Positions 57,264 through 64,000 of a stretch of 64,000 nt of DNA are shown in pieces; the first letter of the stretch is position 1, and the number at the start of each line of letters is the position of its first letter. The stretch is taken from contig CAZHJZ010000004.1 in NCBI GenBank assembly GCA_964532495.1, forward strand, positions 4,123 through 68,122, given 5' to 3'. The position numbers and the translations under genes were made by a program. The DNA is from an uncultured Candidatus Saccharibacteria bacterium (lineage in GTDB: Bacteria; Patescibacteriota; Minisyncoccia; Phycocordibacterales; UBA9973). The notes below the pieces were generated by a model that was not told where the DNA came from, did not search any database, and saw only the letters and a list, made by a program, of their open reading frames with translations.

Positions 57264-57641
57264 ATGAAAACAAATAGCAAAAAATATGTAGACGGGTTTG
57301 TAATCCCAATAAAAAAGAAGGACTTAGCAGCATATAAGAAAATGGCAACATGGGGAGCAGGCATGTGGATGAAGTATGGCGCTCTCAGTTATTTTGAATG
57401 TGTTGGAGAAGATCTTGGAGTAAAGAACGGCATGGGAATGGGCTTCAAGAAGCTCGCTGGATTGAAGGCCAATGAGACCGTTATCTTTTCATTCATCGTA
57501 TATAAGTCGAAAGCAGACAGAGACCGAATCAATAAGAAAGTGATGAGCGATCCTTCAATGAAAGACTTTGATGAAAAATCAATGCCTGTCGATATGAAGC
57601 GATTCGTTTGCGGCGGGTTTGATACGCTCGTCGAAGGATAA
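57264..57641 (+). CDS. DUF1428 (YbaA-like) family protein
   Basis: YVDGFVIPIKKKDLAAYKKMA...YFECVGEDL...ETVIFSFIVYKSKADRDRINKKVMSDP. Confidence 0.55.
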   Translation: MKTNSKKYVDGFVIPIKKKDLAAYKKMATWGAGMWMKYGALSYFECVGEDLGVKNGMGMGFKKLAGLKANETVIFSFIVYKSKADRDRINKKVMSDPSMKDFDEKSMPVDMKRFVCGGFDTLVEG

Positions 57642-57675
57642 TACTTCAAATACCTTTAAGATCCCCTAGACGCCA

Positions 57676-57727
57676 AAAACACCCATGCAAGATGGGTGTT
57701 TTTGAATCATGATATACTTTACGAACT
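57676..57727 (+). repeat. type-B module copy (terminator ACACCCAT-gcaag-ATGGGTGT+T5; tail GAATCATGATATACTTTACGAACTT)
   Basis: Same stem sequence as the 50023 and 55727 copies, with a different loop. Confidence 0.55.
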
Positions 57728-57730
57728 TAT

Positions 57731-58675
57731 ATGAAACTTCATCCTGACAAACAGCTTGAAATTACGCAGCCCGCTATCGCTCAGATTTTAAGCTTATATG
57801 CTATTTCTGATTTCACTTTCCAGCCTATCAAGGCAGGCATCGAAAATACTTCAGTATATATCGAAACCGGAGGAAAAAAGTGCGTCCTTCGTATCTATAG
57901 TCAAGGGAAAAAACCTGACAACATCATTTTTCTTGAGCTAGAGTTTCAAGACTATCTGCGCACGCGAGGAATACCCATTCCACATATCTACCCTACTTTG
58001 CAAAACCAGCCTCTTGCTATTGTTGAGATAAATGGAAAACGCTGGCAAGCCATTTTAATGGAATTTAAAGAAGGGATGAGCACTGAAATTCACCCAAACA
58101 ATGCATTGCTCGCAGAACTAGCCCGAACCCAAGCAAACATGCATATCCTTGGAATGGAATTTGCTAAAAAGGCTGCAACGCTACAACCACCGATAGCTAT
58201 TGTGACGGTCGAAACAGCCGGGAAAATTAAAACTTCCCCGATTCAAACAAAAGAGATGCTTGATTTTATCAACCGAGCCAAATCTTTTGCTTATCGACTT
58301 GACCCTCTCCTTCCCCACGGATACAACCATCTTGATTTAGATTTCGATGGCAATGTCATAGTAACGGGAAACACTATTGCCGCCATTGTGGACTTTGATG
58401 ATTTGAAATACTCGCCTGCAGTGATGTGTCTAGGATTTACGCTATGGAAAATACTGAATGACAAAGGCATAGAAGGATTTCGGTATTATTTGAATGAATA
58501 CCAGAAGGTTCGACCCCTCACAGAGCCAGAGCGGCAAGCGCTTCCGCATATCGTTTTCTTTCGAAATTACGAAGTTGGCATCATACTGCTTTTATTATGG
58601 GAACATGATACGCCGCTTACTGACATTCTTGCTATTCTCCAGCTCGAAAAAGAGCTGCCTGAATTACTCGGATAG
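57731..58675 (+). CDS. phosphotransferase family protein (APH/ChoK-like kinase fold)
   Basis: Brenner motif region HLDLDFDGNVIV and DFDD. Confidence 0.55.
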   Translation: MKLHPDKQLEITQPAIAQILSLYAISDFTFQPIKAGIENTSVYIETGGKKCVLRIYSQGKKPDNIIFLELEFQDYLRTRGIPIPHIYPTLQNQPLAIVEINGKRWQAILMEFKEGMSTEIHPNNALLAELARTQANMHILGMEFAKKAATLQPPIAIVTVETAGKIKTSPIQTKEMLDFINRAKSFAYRLDPLLPHGYNHLDLDFDGNVIVTGNTIAAIVDFDDLKYSPAVMCLGFTLWKILNDKGIEGFRYYLNEYQKVRPLTEPERQALPHIVFFRNYEVGIILLLLWEHDTPLTDILAILQLEKELPELLG

Positions 58676-58678
58676 CAC

Positions 58679-58990
58679 CTAGTCCTTCTCCACAAAATCC
58701 TTCAATGCCTCCAATCGCTTTTCCCACTGCAATTCAAGCTTTGCGATGAACTTTTTTACAACACCCAGCGAGCGAGTGTCGAGAGACACAGTAGTATCCC
58801 TGCCGGCGGTTTTCAATATCACAATTTTTGCATCTTCTAAGATATGGAGATGCTTTCGTGCTCCCTGTCTGGTAAGCGGCAATCCTTTGACGAGAGAGCT
58901 TATGGTATACACTTTCCCGCCAGAAAGACGCTCAACCATTTCTAGCCTTGTCTCATCACCCAGCGCACGAAATAATTCAGCAGTGCTCAT
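58679..58990 (-). CDS. ArsR/SmtB family transcriptional regulator
   Basis: ELFRALGDETRLEMVERL...ISSLVKGLPLTRQGARKHLHILEDAKIV wHTH. Confidence 0.65.
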   Translation of the reverse strand: MSTAELFRALGDETRLEMVERLSGGKVYTISSLVKGLPLTRQGARKHLHILEDAKIVILKTAGRDTTVSLDTRSLGVVKKFIAKLELQWEKRLEALKDFVEKD

Positions 58991-59439
58991 TATTGCTGTT
59001 GGCTGAATACTTTCTCGAGGCGATTCATCATATAGTCCCAACCGCCAGAATTATCCTTAAAGCTTTTCTCTGCCATCTCGACAGGCAATGCGGCAAAGCC
59101 AGATTCTTTGACTGTTACCTTTGTTCCTTCTGATTGTTCTTCGATTAAAAACTCAACGAGCGTATGAGGCAGTGACATAACATCTTCTCCGCCCTTATCG
59201 TTCCCTCCTGGAATCCATCGGAATGAGAAATAATCAAACGGCGTAGCTTTTTCGATATGCACTTGGGCTTTGTTTTTGCCGCCATTGAAAATAAACAGCG
59301 GGTTTTGACCTTCTTCCAACGTTCCGTTCTCTATTGCGTCAGGAAACCACGCCACCACCTTTGCGGGGTCAGTAATTGCACCATACACTTTTTCTTTATT
59401 CGCCTTAACTATGATTTCACGGCTTATGACATCTTGCAT
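58990..59439 (-). CDS. SRPBCC (AHSA1/Aha1-like) domain protein
   Basis: IIVKANKEKVYGAITDPAKVVAWFP...IPGG. Its stop overlaps the ArsR start (TAATG). Confidence 0.6.
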   Translation of the reverse strand: MQDVISREIIVKANKEKVYGAITDPAKVVAWFPDAIENGTLEEGQNPLFIFNGGKNKAQVHIEKATPFDYFSFRWIPGGNDKGGEDVMSLPHTLVEFLIEEQSEGTKVTVKESGFAALPVEMAEKSFKDNSGGWDYMMNRLEKVFSQQQ

Positions 59440-59537
59440 ATTTTTTATATTTTTATGATTAGTATCTAACTTCCCTACTATATATCAGTATGATATTTTA
59501 TGCAACTATTTGGTTGCATATATATTTTAGTAGGCAT

Positions 59538-59655
59538 ATTTGACAAATTGATATTTCATGCTATTATTCAATCAATACTTTTTGAAAATATATATTTTGT
59601 GGTTATCAGAGAAGGGCGCTCCCCTTTTGCGATAACCACAAAATCAAAAGAACGA
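59538..59655 (+). promoter_or_regulatory. type-A promoter/leader module copy 3
   Basis: TTGACA (59540-45), a 16-nt spacer, TGcTATTAT, then TTTTTGAAAATA. The hairpin is TGTGGTTATC-[agagaagggcgctccccttttgc]-GATAACCACA (59598-59640), and the ATG is at 59656. Confidence 0.5.
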
Positions 59656-60279
59656 ATGAAACAGACATGCCTGCTAGTTATCCTGCTATTCTTATTCGGT
59701 TGCAATCAACCCAAGGTAGTACAAGAAGAAGTATTTACAGCAGAAGATACCATTTCCGTAGATACTTCTATCACACAGCGGATTACGGTATATGGTGATG
59801 TTCACGCCCTTCTCAACGAACGAGTAGTTCCTGAAGAAGTACAGCAAATCCAGCGATGGCTTTGCGATAACATCAGTGAAGAGATCGTTGTTGCGGAAGG
59901 TGTTCCCTATGGCGATTCTGTAACGATTAGATCACTTATCGCTGAAATAAAAGCTGAAGCTCCTGAAATCACTGATGCGCAGATACTAGAACGCCTTACC
60001 TCTCTCAACGAAGTAAATAACACCTACTTTACGAGTTTTTTACTGAAAGGAAACAAACTTTTATTCGGAGGTGAAAATGATTCGCTATACACCGCTATCG
60101 GGAACCTAGAAGATAGAACTTCCCCAGCCAATGTAAATGCTCGAAGTCGTGCTATTTTCTTGAATGCAGTTACGATTGCACGAAAATACCCTACGCAAAA
60201 GATTGCAATAGTAATCGGACGCAGGCATTTATCATGGTTCTCATGCAATGGCATAAAAACCATTGACCCAAAAAAATAA
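59656..60279 (+). CDS. hypothetical lipoprotein
   Basis: Lipobox LLFLFGC. Confidence 0.45.
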   Translation: MKQTCLLVILLFLFGCNQPKVVQEEVFTAEDTISVDTSITQRITVYGDVHALLNERVVPEEVQQIQRWLCDNISEEIVVAEGVPYGDSVTIRSLIAEIKAEAPEITDAQILERLTSLNEVNNTYFTSFLLKGNKLLFGGENDSLYTAIGNLEDRTSPANVNARSRAIFLNAVTIARKYPTQKIAIVIGRRHLSWFSCNGIKTIDPKK

Positions 60280-60389
60280 GCTCATTGCAAACAATATTAT
60301 TAACTCACTTCATAGTTTATCTATGGAGTGAGTATTTTTATTTATAGAGCATGATTCACAGTGATTTGAATCATGGTATACTTTTTTAC

Positions 60390-61175
60390 ATGAAATTTAA
60401 AACGCTTCAATGGAACATCAACGGCGGCAAAATAAGAACTGCCGATTCTGATCCAACAAAAGGTCCTGGGTCGTTGAAACCCAGCTATATTCACGAAGGC
60501 TTCGACTACATTGTTTCAAAAATAAAAGAATATGATGTTGATATTATTACACTTCAAGAAACTCATGCCGATACCCATACTATTCAAGCTCAAGTAATTG
60601 CCGAAAAACTAGGCTTTCCATATTGGACAAACGATAGATACGAAGAGTCCCACTTAGAAAAAGGCCAGGGCTTGTGCCAATCCATTATTTCAAAATATCC
60701 AATTTCCTATCATACATTTGAACTATTCAATAATCCTTATTTTGAAGCCGTTGCCGAAGACGGCAGCACCTGGATCTCGCATGATAAAGGATATTCTTTA
60801 GCAGAAATGACATTATCTGAAGACAAAATGCTAACTGTTATAACACTACACCTTCTACCATTCCCTCGTTTCAAACTCGCACTCGACGATAGAAGTGTTA
60901 TAGAAGTTCTCACAGAAGTTTCCAATAAATTAGTACCACATACCTCAAACCTAACTTTAATTCAGGGTGACTTTAATATCGATGATATATCGTTAAAATC
61001 ACATCTTCCGGAACTATTTACCTCCCTACAAGAAATTGAAGCGGCTCAACCTACTACCCCGGGCGACAGCAGGTTTGACCATGTGTTATATAAAAATGTA
61101 CAGTTAATTTCTACCAAGGTCTATGATACTGTACTAACTGATCATTACCCTATAATTTCAGAATTTGAAGTTTAG
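60390..61175 (+). CDS. endonuclease/exonuclease/phosphatase (EEP, DNase I-like) family protein
   Basis: WNINGG N-terminus, ITLQET, GDFNID, and a C-terminal DH..ISEF motif. Confidence 0.65.
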   Translation: MKFKTLQWNINGGKIRTADSDPTKGPGSLKPSYIHEGFDYIVSKIKEYDVDIITLQETHADTHTIQAQVIAEKLGFPYWTNDRYEESHLEKGQGLCQSIISKYPISYHTFELFNNPYFEAVAEDGSTWISHDKGYSLAEMTLSEDKMLTVITLHLLPFPRFKLALDDRSVIEVLTEVSNKLVPHTSNLTLIQGDFNIDDISLKSHLPELFTSLQEIEAAQPTTPGDSRFDHVLYKNVQLISTKVYDTVLTDHYPIISEFEV

Positions 61176-61182
61176 AATTTTT

Positions 61183-61716
61183 TCAATTAGCAATTAAAGA
61201 TACAATCTTCTCTGCAACGTCTTTAGAATCCCCATGCGCATCTACAATTACCGCTCCGCGGGCAACCATTTTATCTTCCCATGTTTTTTTCCATCCTATA
61301 ATCCAATCTTGGACTTCAATCGTTTTTCCAAAATCATTATTGTTATCTCTAGATGTAAGCCTTTCCCGGGTTGTTTTTTCATCAACCTGTAAAAGGATAA
61401 TCTTATTAAAAAATGGAAGGATATCGTGCATATTGCTTGCGCTTCCGCAATAAAACGACACACCCTCTACATCAGCTTCAATTAGTGATGAGAGCTTCGC
61501 TGTATCGCAAATCCATTCCGTCGCCCTCACTTTTCCTAGATTCGCATTATCATGACTAGGAATCGGCTCGCGTGTCTCCTTGTCGACAAGCATAAATAAA
61601 CCTCTTTTTTTATCCATATCACATGCTTGGTATCCCATTGCCTTTAATTCTGCACAGATGGTTGTTTTGCCCGAACCATTAACACCCGTAATAAGGATAG
61701 TTTTTTTCATGAACAT
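61183..61716 (-). CDS. P-loop NTPase (AAA/nucleoside-kinase-like)
   Basis: Walker A ILITGVNGSGKTT and Walker B-like IILLQVDE. Confidence 0.5.
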   Translation of the reverse strand: MFMKKTILITGVNGSGKTTICAELKAMGYQACDMDKKRGLFMLVDKETREPIPSHDNANLGKVRATEWICDTAKLSSLIEADVEGVSFYCGSASNMHDILPFFNKIILLQVDEKTTRERLTSRDNNNDFGKTIEVQDWIIGWKKTWEDKMVARGAVIVDAHGDSKDVAEKIVSLIAN

Positions 61717-61755
61717 AGTATATCAAACCAGCAACCACTTTTACGCTCGAGTGAA

Positions 61756-62907
61756 TTACTGATACTGTATGAAGCTCGGCTGCGGAGTAAACTTTAATAT
61801 CTGCGCAGGTGTAAGAAGCGCTGTTGAGGGCTCGCGCAGGTCATTCTTGTAGAACAATTTGATGCCGGTAAACTGCACCGGCTCACTGCTGACGACTGCC
61901 TTGTAAATATTACTTTTCAAGAGCGGAGGACCCCATCCATCAGCATCCATGACTATCTGCACTTCTGGAAGAGGCGTAATGTTTTCCGAATGTGTCACCA
62001 TATGTTCGGTGAATCGATGGACGACAAGAATTTTCGGAGGGAGATCGTATTTTTTAACGAGAGATGCCAAATAGTCTGCGACATAATTTATATCCGTTGC
62101 ATCCATGGTACCGATAACACTGCCGGGGCGGTTTCCTCCCTTCATTGAAAATTCCGGATCAAGCGCAAGGTGCACTTGCGGAAGCTTAAGATATTCTTCA
62201 AGTCGAGGGATTTCGCTCTCCACATCGCTTAGTCCGTTCTGGACATCAAGTATCACGATACCATTGGCCTCTTTAGCAAGCTCAATTGCCTTATCGATCT
62301 GATCAAACGGCATGCGAGCCCGATACTTGCCATCAAAGCCGGCGCTTCCCTGCGCAGTTACTGCAATATATTCTATGGCAGGAACAACAGGCGTCGATGG
62401 ATCAGCAGTATTCCATTCGGCTATCGCAGCTCTAAATTTTTGCAACATAACCTCTGGTTCATATTCTCCCAATACCCCCATTCTCGTTGAATAGAAATTG
62501 CCGTAATAAGCAACGATGCGGTTGAAAGGTAAAAGCGCTCCTGGAAGCGGATAGGCAGCTTTGACAGGCCATGGTGATGCGACGACAGGCTTTGGGGCAA
62601 CAGCTGGAGTAGGAGTGGCAGTAGCAGTACCGGTTGTCGCAGGAGTTGGAGCAGCAACCACTGGCACATTGGCGATCTGCAGCAACTTTGCATCATAGGC
62701 AGCCTTGTCTAAAACTGGCTTTGCTTTTGGAGTTGGTACCGTGATGCTTTTAACCTCCTTTGAAACTCCAGCATCATAGTGAACCGAAAAGAGACGTGTG
62801 CCGCTAATAACATACACAAACACGAAACCAATAATCCCCACCCCTACGATCCACGCAACAACCCTGAGATTCTTATTTTTGAGAACTTTTTGAGAAATAT
62901 TTTGCAT
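61756..62907 (-). CDS. hypothetical membrane-anchored protein with Thr/Pro/Ala-rich linker and C-terminal alpha/beta domain
   Basis: The start is taken at MQNISQKV. The ORF-track extension up to 63063 overlaps the next gene. Confidence 0.35.
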   Translation of the reverse strand: MQNISQKVLKNKNLRVVAWIVGVGIIGFVFVYVISGTRLFSVHYDAGVSKEVKSITVPTPKAKPVLDKAAYDAKLLQIANVPVVAAPTPATTGTATATPTPAVAPKPVVASPWPVKAAYPLPGALLPFNRIVAYYGNFYSTRMGVLGEYEPEVMLQKFRAAIAEWNTADPSTPVVPAIEYIAVTAQGSAGFDGKYRARMPFDQIDKAIELAKEANGIVILDVQNGLSDVESEIPRLEEYLKLPQVHLALDPEFSMKGGNRPGSVIGTMDATDINYVADYLASLVKKYDLPPKILVVHRFTEHMVTHSENITPLPEVQIVMDADGWGPPLLKSNIYKAVVSSEPVQFTGIKLFYKNDLREPSTALLTPAQILKFTPQPSFIQYQ

Positions 62908-63004
62908 AGTATCCGTAAATATTAACACACTTAGAGAGTAATTCGAAGATATGCGCATTATAAAAAGCGCTCTTGCAGAAGCGCTTTTTAAACATATATT
63001 ACTT

Positions 63005-63295
63005 TTATTGCTGAGCTGTCGTACCTCCAGTAGTTCCGGCGGTAGATGCTCCAGTCGCAGCACCAGTTGTTCCGCCTGTAGTATCAGGTTTTGGAATTGT
63101 TACATTGATGTTAGTTTCAGCTGGAGTCTGAGGCTGAGCTGTATTGTTTGCTCTGATCATCGGCAAGATATAGATGAAGAAGAGTGCGATCAAGACGAGT
63201 GATACGAGAACTCCAATAATAAGACCAGATCCGCCACCATCGTTGTTGTTATTGTTTGCTCCATGCTCTCCTGGATTATTGATTACTGTCGTCAT
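63005..63295 (-). CDS. small membrane protein with Gly/Thr-rich tail
   Basis: TM LIIGVLVSLVLIALFFIYILPMI. Confidence 0.3.
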   Translation of the reverse strand: MTTVINNPGEHGANNNNNDGGGSGLIIGVLVSLVLIALFFIYILPMIRANNTAQPQTPAETNINVTIPKPDTTGGTTGAATGASTAGTTGGTTAQQ

Positions 63296-63463
63296 AGCGA
63301 TAACTCTAAATTATTATATTGATAACTACACCTTTGCGTCAGAGAGACCTGTATTCAGTATACCACTGTATACGCGATTCCCTCCTGTATACAAAGACGT
63401 TTGGATGCCAGATATCGTTACATATCGCTGCTGGAGCAATAGCCTCATTGCTCGAATCTACAT

Positions 63464-63576
63464 AATTGACAAAACAGATAATTTATGCTATGATAGTATA
63501 GATATCTCTTTGACATGTTTTTTAGTGGCCACAGGAGGGCGATCCCCTATTGCGGCCACTAAAAAACCAAACCATC
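63464..63576 (+). promoter_or_regulatory. type-A promoter/leader module copy 4
   Basis: TTGACA (63466-71), a 17-nt spacer, TGcTATGAT, then TCTTTGACA (63510-15). The hairpin is TTTTAGTGGCC-[acaggagggcgatcccctattgc]-GGCCACTAAAA (63520-63564), and the ATG is at 63577. Confidence 0.5.
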
Positions 63577-64000
63577 ATGAAAAAGATCATCCTTCCTCTC
63601 ATTCCCGCTTTTTTATTTTCTTGCTCGCAGGAAAATAAGCCGAGTACGCTAACTATTGCAACGCCAATACAGAGTACCGTAACGCCACAGCCAGTGACCG
63701 TTACTGACGACTCGGTATTAGAAGAAAAAGTACGCAAAGCTTTTGCCCTTTTGCAAACATATGCAAAAACATCAAAAGTGTTACCGCGCAACTTTTCCCA
63801 TACATACATACTTCCCATTACGGGAGTAACATTTGGCATCGTTGAGCCAGGCAAAAACGGCACCACGCATCATATGGTTACAAAAAAAGGAATACTGCAC
63901 GGCGAACTGCCAATATATTTTGAAGACGTACCGATAGGTACTAGTGACCATGTCGCTCAAACAATTTCCGGCACTGTAGATATATCAAAGTTATCCAAAA
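63577..64000 (+). CDS. hypothetical lipoprotein (3' partial at window end)
   Basis: Lipobox AFLFSCS. Confidence 0.4.
   Translation, partial: MKKIILPLIPAFLFSCSQENKPSTLTIATPIQSTVTPQPVTVTDDSVLEEKVRKAFALLQTYAKTSKVLPRNFSHTYILPITGVTFGIVEPGKNGTTHHMVTKKGILHGELPIYFEDVPIGTSDHVAQTISGTVDISKLSK

Noticed and set aside
50023-57727. Integron attC / gene-cassette interpretation of the type-B repeats
   Set aside because: No recognisable R''/R' core sites (RYYYAAC / GTTRRRY), the elements carry their own promoters, and no intI is in the window. Kept only as a loose analogy.
59500-59655. ORF-track start of lipoprotein gene at 59500
   Set aside because: Same issue: the upstream part is the type-A promoter and leader. 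The signal peptide begins at MKQTCLL (ATG at 59656).
62908-63063. N-terminal 52-aa extension of ORF 61756-63063
   Set aside because: Overlaps the independently supported small membrane-protein gene 63005-63295 on the same strand. An internal Met (MQNISQKV) gives a sensible signal-anchor start.

Overview
This window looks like a small, AT-rich bacterial genome with features typical of Candidate Phyla Radiation / Patescibacteria: minimal IF-2 and RelA, many short hypothetical secreted proteins, and very compact gene spacing.

- **1-29.5 kb, housekeeping:** mostly housekeeping genes. These are guaB (partial), a squalene/phytoene-synthase-like gene, dus, ftsQ-like, serS, dprA, topA, psd, rel, parB, tRNA-Leu(CAA)-miaA, tRNA-Trp-rpmG, alr, a tandem-fused double D-Ala-D-Ala ligase, and tRNA-Tyr. 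After that come a NusA-like KH fragment, a large Cys-repeat surface protein, clpB, a cysteine desulfurase and infB-rbfA.
- **27.7-29.8 kb, tRNA array:** tRNA-Cys, Leu(TAA), Leu(TAG) and Lys(TTT), interrupted by an HNH endonuclease gene whose 3' end overlaps tRNA-Leu, and by a VanW-family gene.
- **After tRNA-Lys:** a roughly 150-nt GC-rich multi-hairpin element.
- **30-42.4 kb:** an 11-kb minus-strand block. It holds five paralogous secreted proteins that share a C-terminal two-helix TrbC/VirB2-like module, plus an orphan solute-binding protein, a SAM methyltransferase, an ABC exporter and gyrA.
- **42.4-49.9 kb:** rpsA, trmH/rlmB-like, pth, lepB, hisS, def, fmt, hpf.
- **49.9-64 kb:** downstream of tRNA-Asn is an accessory-looking island of small DUF, lipoprotein and surface-protein genes. 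They are separated by two recurring intergenic modules:
  - a terminator plus a conserved tail (TACTTAGGAGTTCGAAC... GTTCGGAGCATTAG);
  - a promoter/leader module: TTGACA, an extended -10, a T-run with a second TTGACA, and a hairpin whose stem covaries around conserved AGAGAAGG/CCCCTTTTGCG loop sequences.

The promoter/leader module is the most interesting candidate for an undescribed cis-regulatory RNA family, or for gene-cassette shuffling. No CRISPR array, rRNA or recognisable transposase was seen.
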